Shown in pieces: positions 27,014 to 38,894 of a stretch of DNA of 64,000 bases; the stretch's first letter is position 1, and each line of letters opens with the position of its first letter. The stretch covers positions 16,625 to 80,624 of the forward strand of contig JANRLD010000094.1 of NCBI GenBank assembly GCA_033762915.1, given 5' to 3'. The notes below the pieces were generated by a model that was given only the letters and a program-made list of their open reading frames with translations, had not been told where the DNA came from and did not search any database. The stretch is from Meiothermus sp. (lineage in GTDB: Bacteria; Deinococcota; Deinococci; Deinococcales; Thermaceae). A program made the position numbers and the translations under genes.

Positions 27014-29632
27014 CTACGCCTTCTCCAACACCTCCCGCTGCTTCTCGATCTGCATCAGGATGCGCGAGAGGAGGTTCTTGTCGGCCAGCACCACCAGGCC
27101 CTTGGTGCCCAGCGGCAGCAGCACCACCACCAGGCTGGTCAGGGAGATCACCGAGAGCTGCGGGGTGCCGCTCTTCATCTCGCTGGCGAGGTGGATCAGG
27201 TCGTCGAAGACCGACTGGGCCATGCGGCTCTTAATGGGGAGGTTGCCCCACAGCAGGTTGCCGCCCTCTATCAGCGCCACGGCCTCCACGCCCCGGAACT
27301 GGAAGCTGGCCAGGGCCTCGGTTAGCTCGGCGGGCAGGGCCGCGTTGACCACCTGCACCGGCCTGGGGGCCTCCTGCAGGGCGGGCGTGGCCACCACCGA
27401 GGGGCTGTCGAACACGTCCAGCAGGGAGTCCAGGTCGGCCCCCTTGAGCTGCTTCATCACCGTCTGGGCAGCCTTAAACTCGCCCTCGAGTACCGCCTCG
27501 ATGCGCTCGGCATCCTCCAGGGCGCGGCGCACCTCGAGGAGGCCGCTGGCCCCCAGCCGGTCCAGGCGCTGCGAGGCCGACTGCAGGAAGTCGCACATCG
27601 GCTTTAGGCGCAGCACGGTCTCGCCGCCCACGCTCTTGTGGGCCTCGTAGGCCTCCACTAGGGCGCTGATGCGGCCCCCCAGCTCGGCGCGTAGCGCCTC
27701 CTGGGCGCGGCGCAGGCGGGCCAGTTGGCCCTGAATCTCCTCGAGGTCGGGGAAGCGTCCGGCCTGAAGCTCGGCACGGGCGGCGGCGACTTTCTGCTCG
27801 AGGTCTTCCCCGCCCAGGCCCTTCATGCTCCTGGCGGTCATCTCGTAGCGGGTGAGCTCCTCGGCCATGCTGCTGCGGCGGTTAACGATCACCTCTTGCA
27901 GGCCGCGCTCGAGGCCGCTGGTGTCGACGAAGCGGCCCTGGGCCAGGCTCTCGCGCACGCCCTGGAGCTGGGCGCGGGGGCCGTCCAGCCGCTCGCGCAG
28001 GGCACCCTCGAGGGCGGTGAGCTGGGCCTCGAAGGCGGAGAGCTTCTGGGCCACGATCTGCCTGGAATGGGCCAGCAGCGAGGCGATGGCCGACTCGATC
28101 TCGCCGATGGGGGTGTGCTCGAGGCGGCCCAGCAGGGCGGCCTTGTGCGGCTCGAGGCCCTCCAGCGAGGGGATGGCCTGCACGGCGGCCCGCAGCCCCA
28201 CCCGCCGCAGGCTCTCCTCCTCGCGCTCGCGGGTCAGTTGGGCCAGCAACTCCGAGAGGCCCTGCTGGGCCCGCCCGATGGCCTCCTCGGTGGGGGGCAG
28301 GTCGGCCAGCGTGACCAGGAACATCTCGACGTCAAAGTTGTCGGTGAAGGAGGCCAGGCTGGCCTCCGCGTCCTGCCGCACGGTGGCGAGTTGGGCGCTC
28401 AGGCGGGCGGTGCGCTCCTGCGCCTCACGCTGGGTGCGTTCGTCGGCCTCAAGGGCCTCCAGGCCGCGCTCGAGCTCGCCGAGCTCGGTGGGGAGGCCGC
28501 CCCCTTGCAGGGTCTCCCCCACCACCCGCAGCTTGGCAGCCAGGCCGCCAGACTTTGCGCGGGCCAGATCGAGCTTCTGCAGCCGGGCCAGCAGGGCGTC
28601 GTAGCGGGTCTTGCTCTGGGCCAAGCGCTCGGAGTACAGGTTCTTAAACTGCTCCTCGAGGGCCGCGATGCGCTCGCCCACCGGGTTGCCCTTGCCCAGT
28701 TCGGCCAGCAGGGCGTTGCTCTCATCAACCACCTTGGGGTGCGAGACCAGCATGGCGTAGCGGTCGAGCAGGGCCTCGAGGCGGCGCTGATCCTCGGCCA
28801 CGTCGATCTCGCGGATGCGGGTCTGCTGCTCGGCGGAGAGGCTCTCGAAGTCGAGCTCTACCACCAGCTCGGTGTCGTCCCAGGTGGGGTCGCGCCCAGC
28901 CTGCACCACGTCGTCCTCGACGGTTATGGCCATCTCGCCGGTGGGGTTCTGCACCACGCTCGACTCCACCAGCTTGCGCATCTCGGCGGCCAGCAGCCGC
29001 GCCCGCTCGACCTCGGCCTGGGCCAGGGTCTCCTGGCCGTGGGCCTCCTGGATGGCCTTAATGTAGTTGTCCAGGCGGCGCACCTTGGGGCCGCCCACGC
29101 TCTGCACACGCTCGAGGGCGGCGTGAAGCTCCGAGATGTCGCGGGTCTGGCGCAGCAGGGCGGCCTGGAGCTTGTCCTCTAGCTGGGAAAGCACCTCCTG
29201 ACCCTCGCGCACCAAGGCCCGCACGGTAGAAGCCTCGGGGTCCTGGCGGATCACCCCGATCAGGCTGCGCAGGCGGCCTACCTCTGGCCAGTCCAGGTAC
29301 ATGCTAAAGCGCTTGAAACCCGCCTCGAGGTCTTGCAGCGCGTTCTGGGTCTGGGCCTCGGCCTGGGCCTCGGCGGCCTTGGCGGCGGCCGGAGCGTTGC
29401 TGCCCGACCCCAGATCGCGCAGCAGCTCCTCGATGCGGCTGCGGGCGGCCGCCGGGGACATCTTGGACTGCAACTCCCGGTAGACCAGACGCTTAAGGAT
29501 CACCTCGGCCTGGGCCGCGTCGAGCTGGTCGGGGTTGATGCCCAGCCGCCGGACGCCCTCCTCGAGGATCATCGAGGTGCGGTCGCCCAGCACGGGCACC
29601 AGGGATTGGTTTAGGTTCTGATAGAGCGACAA
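27014..29632 (-). CDS. Large coiled-coil protein with probable C-terminal roadblock/LC7-like domain
   Basis: ~870-aa helical ORF; GGAGG RBS before TTG at 29632; C-terminal GVEAVALI... alpha/beta segment. Confidence 0.7.
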   Translation of the reverse strand: MSLYQNLNQSLVPVLGDRTSMILEEGVRRLGINPDQLDAAQAEVILKRLVYRELQSKMSPAAARSRIEELLRDLGSGSNAPAAAKAAEAQAEAQTQNALQDLEAGFKRFSMYLDWPEVGRLRSLIGVIRQDPEASTVRALVREGQEVLSQLEDKLQAALLRQTRDISELHAALERVQSVGGPKVRRLDNYIKAIQEAHGQETLAQAEVERARLLAAEMRKLVESSVVQNPTGEMAITVEDDVVQAGRDPTWDDTELVVELDFESLSAEQQTRIREIDVAEDQRRLEALLDRYAMLVSHPKVVDESNALLAELGKGNPVGERIAALEEQFKNLYSERLAQSKTRYDALLARLQKLDLARAKSGGLAAKLRVVGETLQGGGLPTELGELERGLEALEADERTQREAQERTARLSAQLATVRQDAEASLASFTDNFDVEMFLVTLADLPPTEEAIGRAQQGLSELLAQLTREREEESLRRVGLRAAVQAIPSLEGLEPHKAALLGRLEHTPIGEIESAIASLLAHSRQIVAQKLSAFEAQLTALEGALRERLDGPRAQLQGVRESLAQGRFVDTSGLERGLQEVIVNRRSSMAEELTRYEMTARSMKGLGGEDLEQKVAAARAELQAGRFPDLEEIQGQLARLRRAQEALRAELGGRISALVEAYEAHKSVGGETVLRLKPMCDFLQSASQRLDRLGASGLLEVRRALEDAERIEAVLEGEFKAAQTVMKQLKGADLDSLLDVFDSPSVVATPALQEAPRPVQVVNAALPAELTEALASFQFRGVEAVALIEGGNLLWGNLPIKSRMAQSVFDDLIHLASEMKSGTPQLSVISLTSLVVVLLPLGTKGLVVLADKNLLSRILMQIEKQREVLEKA

Positions 29633-29987
29633 CCGCTGACCTCCGTCGGGAATGCGTCCCGGTGATATTGACGCCACTTCTCCAAGGCGCTTCACCTTTG
29701 AGGTCAGTGTAGCCCAGACCCGCCCCGGGTTATGGTCAAAAAAACACCAGCCACGTGCCTGTTGCGTGGGTTAGTTAACGCTAGGTTTTTATGAGAGCAT
29801 CATGCACCGGCCGGGGCCTGCTTGCCTTCTTCTTCGGCCCGCACATCTGCCCTAAGCCCGGGGCATGGGCGGACTTGCCAAAACCAGCCCGAGCGTCGCG
29901 CCGCTGGACCTGCTGCCGTGGCTAAGCCGCCAGGGCGGGGGTCACATCGACCCCCGCCCTGGCAGAACAGTTGGGCGCGGCTCGAGG

Positions 29988-32900
29988 CTACCGGACGAAG
30001 TTGAAGTTGGCCCGGTAGGTGGTGCCGTCGGTGTAGCGCACCACCAGCTGGCGGCAGGTGCCCGCCCAGCTCCGGTCGGTCTTCCAGACGTAGGTGTAGA
30101 GGCCGCTGGCAGGGTCGTAGCTGAGACCGCTGTTGCTGGCGGTCGGGTCGGTACCGTTAACCGGGGCGGTGGAGCCGCAGGGGACGGTCTGCGACTTGGG
30201 GAAGCCCGGCGCGAAGACGTTCAGGCCCTTATTGCCGCCCAGGCTGAACTTAACCGGGATGGACTGGCCGGAGTTGGCGGTGTTGAAGGCCGGGAAGTTA
30301 GCCACCGGGCTGCGGAACCAAGCCACGGCATTCAGGTTAAGGCCCACCAGCACCGGGTCGTGGTCGGAGACGCGGAACTGGTCGGGGGCGTAGAGGGAGC
30401 TGATCAGGTTGGGGGTCTTGAAGTCGGTGTTGTAGTCGAGCACGCCGGGCTCGTCGGCATTGATGTGGTAGTCGGCCACGCCACTCACCTGGGCGTTGAG
30501 GGCGCTCGAGGCCAGCGCGTGGTCGAGGTAGCCCCACTGCCCGTCGAACACGTAAGAGTAGGCGTCCGGCCCCAGGCGGCCCTCGATCAGGTTGACGAAG
30601 CCCGCGCTCTGGAAGGCGATGATGGGGTCTTCCTTGGCGTAGGAGTTGTAGTCGCCGATCAGCAGCACGTCCGGGTCGACGATTCCGGTGGGATTGGTGT
30701 TTAGCCAGGTCATCAGCAGAATGGAGGCGATGGTGCGCACGGTGTTGCAGTTGCCCTGGCCGTCGCCCGCGTCGGGGGCGTCGCAGGCCGAGCCCTTGCT
30801 CTTGAGGTGGTTGACGTTGACCACAAAGGTCGCGCCATTGGCGTTCTGCTGGAAGGCCTGGGCCAGCGAGGCCCGGTTGCGCGGGGCGCTGTCGCCGCCG
30901 TTGACAAAGGCCGCCTCGTTTAGCACCGCGGTCTGGCCAACCGGCAAGACGCTGGCGGGCTTGTAGATCAGGCCCACCTTGATGGCGTCGGTGCCTAGTG
31001 CATTGACCTGCCCGGTGGCAGCGTCGGCGTCGATGAAGGCGTAGGTTCCGGGCGCGGTGGCGTCGTTGAGCCTGTCCACCAGGAAGGCGATGGCGCTGCT
31101 GGGGCCGTAGCCGTCGTTCTCGAGCTCGTTGAAGCCCAGCACATCGGGGTTCATGGCCAGGATGGCGGCCACCGTCTTGGGCCACTGGCGGTCGAACTCG
31201 GCCTGGGAGTTGGCCCCCCGGCAGTCGCCGTCGTTGCCGCTGGGGAAGCATCCGGGGGTGCTGGAGTTGCCGTCGGCAAAGGTGTTGAAGAAATTGAGCA
31301 GGTTCATCCCCACCACCTTGAGGCTGCCGCCCACGGGCGGAACTGAGGTGGGGCGGGGGTTGGCGGCCTGGAAGTTGACCGAGCCGCCCAGTGCATTAAT
31401 CGGGCGCACCCGGAAGGCGTTGGGGCTGGCGTTGTTGCCGGCCCAGGTGTAGGTCATCACGCCCACGATGCCTGTGGCGGTGTCGCCGCCGCGCAGGGTG
31501 TTGGAGGCCGAGAGGGGCTGGCCACCGCGCCCGAACAGGATGGGGTCGGGGTTCTGGTTTTGCTGGGCGTCGTCGAGGATGATGCGGTTGAGGTTGTTCT
31601 GGGCCTGCAGGGCGTTGGCCGCAGCGCCGGGGGTGGTGACGTTGGTGGGTTGCGCGAGCCTCCCCCCGGACGACAGCACCACCTGCCCGAAGCGCCCGAG
31701 CTGGAAGTGCTCGGTCACGTAGAGGGTCTGGGGCAAGCGCACCAGCATGCCCTCAAAGCGCTCCGCGTCGGTCGGAGAGGCGAAGGGGAGGGTCACGTCG
31801 GTCGGGGCAACGGTGCCGGTGCCGCACTTGACCACCGAGGTCGCGCTGATCTGGGTCTGGAACTGGAACTCACTCACGCTGCCCGACACCCGCACCACGT
31901 CGCCCAGGGCCACGCTGTCGTTGTTGTTGTTGTTGAACACGAAGATTGCATCGGAGGTGGCGGGGTCGTTGTCGCCCGTGGCATCTTGGAGGTAGAAGCC
32001 GCGCAGGGTCGAGGAGGGGCCTTCGTAGTCGCCCACCACCACGCCCTTGGTGGTGCGGGTGCCGGTGAGGGCGGCGCTAGCCCCGCTGCCCTGGATGGCG
32101 TAGGCGGGCGTGAAGGGCAGCAGGCAGACGTCCACCACGGTGAAGCTCGAGGCGAAATCCGCCGCCATGGTGTCGGGCGGGTCGAGGCTATCCTGGTCGG
32201 AAACCTGATCCTTTTTCACCGTGAAGGTGCAGCTATCCCCGTCCACGAAGTCGGTGTCGGGGTTCAGGGTGAAACTGGTGGGGCCGCCCGAGACGGCCAC
32301 AGTCTTGGCCCCGCTGACCGAGCAGTTCAGGGTGAAGGAGGCCGTGCCCGCGCTCACCGGCTCGCTAAAAGTGACGGTCAGGTTAGCGGACGGAGCCACG
32401 TCGGGCGTGTTGTTGGCGGGGACGACGCTGCTGACCGCCGGGGCCGATTCCCCGCAGAAGTTGCGGGTAGAGGCGGTGTTGCGCGGACTGGGTGTTCCTG
32501 TCTCGAAGTCGGAGGCGTTATTGTCGGTCTCAGTACAACCGCCCACCTTGCGGAAGGCCGCGACGGTGGCAGACAGGATCGGTGCCGCACCTGCGCCCTC
32601 AAAGAAGTTTGCACCGGAAGTCCCCCCGTACCCAACGAGGTCAACCATCTGTGCGAGTTGTGCAGTGGAGCAGGGAGTCGATCCGCCGTTACACGCTAGG
32701 CCGGTGGCGGTATTTGCAAGAATAAACTTGCCCGCCGTTCCGCTTGCGTTGATGGCTCCGGTGACGTCGGCAGCAGGAAGCACGGCACCATTGACACCCC
32801 CCGAAAGCTGAACCAAATAGTACTGACCAGGTTCCAAGTTACCCGTCAGGGCCACAACCGGGTTCGAGGAAAAGTTTCCGGTTCCGGTTGCACTGGCATA

Positions 32901-33143
32901 CTGTATAGACCACCCGGTCAAGCTGACCGCACTCGAGCCCCGATTGAACAGCTCGACATAGTCGTTCCTCAGCACGGCACCCGAGTTACCTCCCGCGCCA
33001 TAGACCTGACTGATCACCACGCCGTCGGAAGCAACCTGTGCCTTCACTCCCTCGGCCTGCTGCTGGGGCGGCGGGGTCTGCACACACGCGGCCAGCAGCG
33101 CTAACACCACACCCAAACCGACACGACCTAACGATAACTTCAT
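29988..33143 (-). CDS. ExeM/NucH-family extracellular endonuclease lipoprotein (lamin-tail + Ig-like + OB + EEP domains + C-terminal PxKF domain)
   Basis: LAAC; VISQVYG...DYVELFN; NLLNFFN; NHLKSKG; GDYNSY; SDHDPV; IPVKFSL. Confidence 0.9.
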   Translation of the reverse strand: MKLSLGRVGLGVVLALLAACVQTPPPQQQAEGVKAQVASDGVVISQVYGAGGNSGAVLRNDYVELFNRGSSAVSLTGWSIQYASATGTGNFSSNPVVALTGNLEPGQYYLVQLSGGVNGAVLPAADVTGAINASGTAGKFILANTATGLACNGGSTPCSTAQLAQMVDLVGYGGTSGANFFEGAGAAPILSATVAAFRKVGGCTETDNNASDFETGTPSPRNTASTRNFCGESAPAVSSVVPANNTPDVAPSANLTVTFSEPVSAGTASFTLNCSVSGAKTVAVSGGPTSFTLNPDTDFVDGDSCTFTVKKDQVSDQDSLDPPDTMAADFASSFTVVDVCLLPFTPAYAIQGSGASAALTGTRTTKGVVVGDYEGPSSTLRGFYLQDATGDNDPATSDAIFVFNNNNNDSVALGDVVRVSGSVSEFQFQTQISATSVVKCGTGTVAPTDVTLPFASPTDAERFEGMLVRLPQTLYVTEHFQLGRFGQVVLSSGGRLAQPTNVTTPGAAANALQAQNNLNRIILDDAQQNQNPDPILFGRGGQPLSASNTLRGGDTATGIVGVMTYTWAGNNASPNAFRVRPINALGGSVNFQAANPRPTSVPPVGGSLKVVGMNLLNFFNTFADGNSSTPGCFPSGNDGDCRGANSQAEFDRQWPKTVAAILAMNPDVLGFNELENDGYGPSSAIAFLVDRLNDATAPGTYAFIDADAATGQVNALGTDAIKVGLIYKPASVLPVGQTAVLNEAAFVNGGDSAPRNRASLAQAFQQNANGATFVVNVNHLKSKGSACDAPDAGDGQGNCNTVRTIASILLMTWLNTNPTGIVDPDVLLIGDYNSYAKEDPIIAFQSAGFVNLIEGRLGPDAYSYVFDGQWGYLDHALASSALNAQVSGVADYHINADEPGVLDYNTDFKTPNLISSLYAPDQFRVSDHDPVLVGLNLNAVAWFRSPVANFPAFNTANSGQSIPVKFSLGGNKGLNVFAPGFPKSQTVPCGSTAPVNGTDPTASNSGLSYDPASGLYTYVWKTDRSWAGTCRQLVVRYTDGTTYRANFNFVR

Positions 33144-33350
33144 AGACCCTCCTCCGGGCGACTTATATCAACCAGCCTTCATGGAAGCTTATGCCCCCTG
33201 CCCAGGGCTCGAGTTGTCCTGGATAGACTAACCCACCGATGCGTATCGACTCAGCATTACGGATGCGTTACTTTTCCGATCCAGAAAACTAAAACACCAC
33301 CAAAGCCGAGCCCTCTGGGAGCGCGGCCCGGCACGAGGCCCCTCGCGGGC

Positions 33351-34304
33351 TCAGGTCGTCGCCAGATCGACTCCCTTGTGGCGGTACATCTGTGTGTCGG
33401 CGTTTTTCAGGAGCCCCTCGAGGTCGCGGCCGTCCTCGGGAAAGCGCACCACCCCCAGGCTGAGCTGCACACTCAGGCGGCCCGCCGAGGTCTCCACGCC
33501 GGGGGCGAAGAGCCCCTCGAGGCGGTGCGTCAGGGCCTCGTGATGGCCCCGGACGGCCAGCACGAACTCGTCGCCGCCGTAGCGAATGACCAGGTCGCTG
33601 GCCCGCAGGTTGGCGCGGCAGACGCCGACTACCCAGGCCAGCACCTCGTCGCCCACCGCGTGGCCGTGGGTGTCGTTAATCTGCTTGAAGTGCTTGATGT
33701 CTACAAAGACCAGGCTGAAGGGCTGGCCCTGGGTGACCCAGGCCTCGAGGGTCTCGAGGCCGCCCCGGCGGTTGAGCGCCCGGGTCAGGGGGTCGGTGGC
33801 GGCGTAGAGGTTGAGCCTCGAAAGGGGGCGCATCAGCACCGCCGCCACCAGCCCCAGGCTGAGGCTGTGCATGAAGGCCAGACTCCAAGTCGGGGCGAAC
33901 CCCAACTCGACGGACAGGGCGCAGCCCAGCCACAAGGCCAGCACGTGGCTCGAGACCAGAATCAGCGCGGCCCGGGGTGTGTTGAAGTAGATCAGCACCG
34001 ACACCATCGAGACATACGGCACTACCACCAGAGGCCCCGCCGCCCCGCCGGTGGCCCCCAGCAGCAGGACGAAGATCAGGCGGTTGGTCAGGAAGTTAGC
34101 GGCGGGCAGCCAGCCCCAGCGCCGCGGTATCCCCGCCACGGTGACCAGCGTCTGCAGCGCGATGATGGCCAGCACGGCGTAGACCGGGCCGGGTACCAAC
34201 CTGAACAGGTCGAAGACCAGCATGGCCACCAGCAGCGGGACGTAGAGCAAACGGATCCACAGACCCTGCCACTCTTCTTGCCAGTTAACAAAGCCTCCTG
34301 GCAT
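33351..34304 (-). CDS. Membrane diguanylate cyclase (GGDEF)
   Basis: TM region, DPLT, FKQINDTHGH, RYGGDEF; start uncertain. Confidence 0.85.
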   Translation of the reverse strand: MPGGFVNWQEEWQGLWIRLLYVPLLVAMLVFDLFRLVPGPVYAVLAIIALQTLVTVAGIPRRWGWLPAANFLTNRLIFVLLLGATGGAAGPLVVVPYVSMVSVLIYFNTPRAALILVSSHVLALWLGCALSVELGFAPTWSLAFMHSLSLGLVAAVLMRPLSRLNLYAATDPLTRALNRRGGLETLEAWVTQGQPFSLVFVDIKHFKQINDTHGHAVGDEVLAWVVGVCRANLRASDLVIRYGGDEFVLAVRGHHEALTHRLEGLFAPGVETSAGRLSVQLSLGVVRFPEDGRDLEGLLKNADTQMYRHKGVDLATT

Positions 34305-34471
34305 ACCATTAATGAGCCTAACAGGCCGAGGGGCCGGCCCGGGGCTAAATGACCCAGCAGGGCTTAAGGTTTGGCCATCGTGCCGCGCTCCCAAGTGTCC
34401 CTGGAGCCCTCCGATAGAATATCGGGGCCGCGAGCAGCCCCAACGGGCGGGCTCGGAACCGAGGTAACGCC

Positions 34472-35866
<1,395 letters not shown>

Positions 35867-35885
35867 GCGGGTGGCGAAAGGGGCT

Positions 35886-36506
35886 CTACTCGCCCAGGCC
35901 CAGCGCTTTGTGTACTGCCGGGTAATCCGACAGGTCTACGTGACGTAGCTGGGGGGCTAACTGACGGGCGCGGTTGAAGCTCGAGCCCCCCAGACTGATG
36001 GGATTGCCCTGCTGGGTGCTGAAGACCAGAATCACCTTGGTGTCGGTTATGTTGACCGGGGCTCCGGAACCCGACCGGAGTCGACCCGACAGAGCGATCT
36101 GCTTCCTGACGGCAGCCGTTCCGCTCTCTTGCTGAAAGGTTAGGTCCGAATCGCTGAGGTAGGTAGGCAGCGCCCACCAGCGATTGGAGTTAAAGTCTTG
36201 TACGTAGATGAGGATGGCTCCAGCAGTGAATAACGAGTTGGCCTCGTCGTCGGTAATGGGCAGGGTCAGCCGGATGGTGTGGGTGTAACCGAGGGCTGTG
36301 CCGGGTGTGGTCCACTTGCCCGACAAACTGGTGAATCGGTAGGTCTTCACGTTGGCGTTGCCAATGGGGCCTTGGGGGCCGCTCGGGCCGGCGGGTCCTG
36401 TTTCACCTGCCGGGCCTTGGGGGCCTTGAGGGCCGGCCGTGCCGGTACAAGCGGTCAGCAGCGCGAGGCCGGCGAGTAGCACGATGGGGGTAAGCCGTGT
36501 CTTCAT
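35886..36506 (-). CDS. Collagen-like (GXY repeat) lipoprotein
   Basis: LTAC lipobox; GPQGPQGPAGETGPAGPSGPQGPIGNANV. Confidence 0.8.
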   Translation of the reverse strand: MKTRLTPIVLLAGLALLTACTGTAGPQGPQGPAGETGPAGPSGPQGPIGNANVKTYRFTSLSGKWTTPGTALGYTHTIRLTLPITDDEANSLFTAGAILIYVQDFNSNRWWALPTYLSDSDLTFQQESGTAAVRKQIALSGRLRSGSGAPVNITDTKVILVFSTQQGNPISLGGSSFNRARQLAPQLRHVDLSDYPAVHKALGLGE

Positions 36507-36709
36507 AACGTTCTCCTGTCAGGTGATTTTTCCGGAGCCACATAACCCTACTGCCCTCGGCGTTATAGCCGCGTTACTTTATCCCCGCACGTAATCTCGA
36601 ACCCCTATCAGGCCGCCGCTCACCCTCTCCGGCGATTCGGGCAATCCCGTCTTATCTCACACCTCCCTTCTCATGAGGGGCGGTAGACTCGGAATCTGGA
36701 GGTATAACT

Positions 36710-37315
36710 ATGAGCTATCCATTCAAGCTGCCCGACCTTGGCTACGCCAAGGACGCCCTCGAGCCGCACATCGACACCCAGACCATGGAGATTCACCACG
36801 GCAAGCACCACAACGCCTACGTGACCAACCTCAACGCGGCCCTCGAGAAGCACCCCGAGATTCAGGGCTGGAGCCTCGAGGACCTGCTGGGCAAGATCGC
36901 CCAGGTGCCTGAGGACATCCGGGGCGCGGTGCGCAACAACGGCGGCGGCCACCACAACCACGCCCTGTTCTGGGACATCCTGACCCCCGGCGGCTCCTCC
37001 GCCCCCACCGGCAAGCTGGCCGAGGCCATCAACGCCACCTTCGGCTCCTTCGACGAGCTTAAGAAGCAGATGACCACCGCCGGGACCACCCGCTTCGGCT
37101 CGGGCTGGAGCTGGCTGGTCAAGGACGGCAGCGGCAAGCTGGCCATCTACAGCACCGCCAACCAGGACAGCCCCCTGATGGAAGGCCACACCCCCCTGCT
37201 GGGCATCGACGTGTGGGAGCACGCCTACTACCTCAAGTACCAGAACCGCCGACCCGACTACCTGGGTGCGATCTGGAACGTGATCAACTGGGACAAGGTG
37301 GCCAGCCGGTTCTAG
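36710..37315 (+). CDS. sodA: Superoxide dismutase, Mn-type residues
   Basis: [25 protein letters not shown]. Confidence 0.95.
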   Translation: MSYPFKLPDLGYAKDALEPHIDTQTMEIHHGKHHNAYVTNLNAALEKHPEIQGWSLEDLLGKIAQVPEDIRGAVRNNGGGHHNHALFWDILTPGGSSAPTGKLAEAINATFGSFDELKKQMTTAGTTRFGSGWSWLVKDGSGKLAIYSTANQDSPLMEGHTPLLGIDVWEHAYYLKYQNRRPDYLGAIWNVINWDKVASRF

Positions 37316-37342
37316 GGGCTGCCGAAAGCCAAAGACCAAAAA

Positions 37343-37368
37343 GAAACCGCCCGGTTCGGGCGGTTTTT
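37343..37368. terminator. Bidirectional intrinsic terminator after sodA
   Basis: GAAACCGCCCG-GTT-CGGGCGGTTTTT. Confidence 0.75.
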
Positions 37369-37401
37369 GTCTGGCTCGAGGCCCGCCCCACCGGCGGGCG
37401 G

Positions 37402-37569
37402 TCAGTCCTGCTCCTTCTCCCCGGTTTCGCCCTCGCCCGCGGTGGGCGTTTCGCCGGCCGTCTCGGCCTCGGCGACTGGGGACTTACGCTGAGCCTTCTC
37501 GGCCTTCTTCTTTTGCTTCTCGAGTTCCCGCTGGCGCTTCTGGAATTTGTAATTCGGCTTGGCGGCCAT
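37402..37569 (-). CDS. 55-aa small basic/acidic protein (not in ORF track)
   Basis: MAAKPNYKFQKRQRELEKQKKKAEKAQRK...EKEQD*; purine-rich RBS upstream. Confidence 0.7.
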   Translation of the reverse strand: MAAKPNYKFQKRQRELEKQKKKAEKAQRKSPVAEAETAGETPTAGEGETGEKEQD

Positions 37570-37765
37570 ACTCAACACCCTTTCGAGCGACCCTCAATCC
37601 AGCGCCCCGACGGCCAACGCCAGGCCGGGTGCCGTGTGCAGGCGGCTACGCTAGAGCATACCCGCTCAGCCTAAGCCCGCCCAGTGCTGCCCGGGCCTCC
37701 AGCGCCGTAGGGATTTTGGACGCGCCGATGGGGAGCGCGTGGCCAACCTGTGGTCAGCCGCGCCC

Positions 37766-38698
37766 TCAGCCCAGAATCGCCCGCACCTCGGCCAGCTCGT
37801 CGGCGGTCATCTTCCAGTCGGCGGCCTTAACGTTCTGCTCGAGCTGCTCAACCTTGGTGGCCCCCGCGATCACGCTCGAGACCACTGGGTTCATGGCCAG
37901 CCAGCTGAAGGCCAGCTCGAGCAGGGTGCGGCCCTTGGACTGGCAGAAGGCTTGCAGCTTGTCCACGGTGTCGAGGTTCTTCTCGGTCATGAACTCGTTG
38001 GCCAGCTGCTGCGACTTGGTCAGGCGCGCACCCTCGGGCATATCGGTGCCGCGAGCGTACTTGCCGGTGAGCAGGCCACTGGCCAGGGGGAAGTAGGGCA
38101 GCAGGCCCAGGCCGTGATGACGCATGGCGGGCACCAGCTCAGGCTCGACCTTGCGCACCAGCAGGCTGTACTCGTCCTGGCAGGAGACGATGGGCTCGAG
38201 GCCCATCTCCCTGGCGATCCAGCGGGCCTCGGTCACCTGCCAGGCCGGCATGTTGGAGACGCCGATGTAGCGCACGGTGCCCTGGCGCACCAGGTCGTTG
38301 AGGGTGCTGAGGGTCTCCTCGAGAGGCGTCTCGGGGTCGGGGCGGTGGAGCTGGTAGAGGTCGAGGTAGTCGGTCTTGAGGCGCTTAAGGCTGGCCGCGA
38401 TGGCCTTGTGGATATAGCGCCTCGAGGCACCCTTGTCGGTAGGGCTCATCTCCCAGCCGAACTTGGTGGCCAGCACGATGTTGTCGCGCTCGGAGCCCAG
38501 GTAGTCACCCAGGATAGTCTCGGAGCCCCCTTTGTTGCCGTAGGTGTCGGCGGTGTCGAAGAGGGTGATGCCGAGGTCGAGGGCCTTTCGGATTACTGCC
38601 CTCGAGCCCTCCACGTCCACCCGCCCCCCGAAGTTGTTGCACCCGATGCCGACCAGCGAAACCTTCAGACCCGAGTTGCCCAGACGACGCTGTTCCAT
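37766..38698 (-). CDS. Aldo/keto reductase
   Basis: GIGCNNFG, FDTADTYG, ATKFG, DLYQLH, PLASGLL. Confidence 0.92.
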   Translation of the reverse strand: MEQRRLGNSGLKVSLVGIGCNNFGGRVDVEGSRAVIRKALDLGITLFDTADTYGNKGGSETILGDYLGSERDNIVLATKFGWEMSPTDKGASRRYIHKAIAASLKRLKTDYLDLYQLHRPDPETPLEETLSTLNDLVRQGTVRYIGVSNMPAWQVTEARWIAREMGLEPIVSCQDEYSLLVRKVEPELVPAMRHHGLGLLPYFPLASGLLTGKYARGTDMPEGARLTKSQQLANEFMTEKNLDTVDKLQAFCQSKGRTLLELAFSWLAMNPVVSSVIAGATKVEQLEQNVKAADWKMTADELAEVRAILG

Positions 38699-38807
38699 AG
38701 GGTTCAAATATACCCTCAAACGCCCGCCCGAATGCAAGCGGCTGGCAAAAGGGCTCGAGTTGTCTTATTCCGAAAAGCGCGACAAAAACGGGGCAAACGC
38801 CCTCTCA

Positions 38808-38868
38808 TTGACTTTTGGTCTGCGGTGTCATAAACTCCTGGTCATTCTTTGAATGCTGCATGCAGCAT
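38808..38868 (+). promoter_or_regulatory. Sigma70 promoter (TTGACT-N17-TAAACT) followed by a 16-bp palindromic operator
   Basis: -35 at 38808, -10 at 38831; ATGCTGCATGCAGCAT at 38853-38868. Confidence 0.75.
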
Positions 38869-38894
38869 CCAGCGTGCAGGGAAAGGGGCGGCGG

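Noticed and set aside
27014..29632. SMC/defence-type ATPase
   Set aside because: No Walker A/B or nuclease motifs seen; only coiled coil and a small C-terminal domain.
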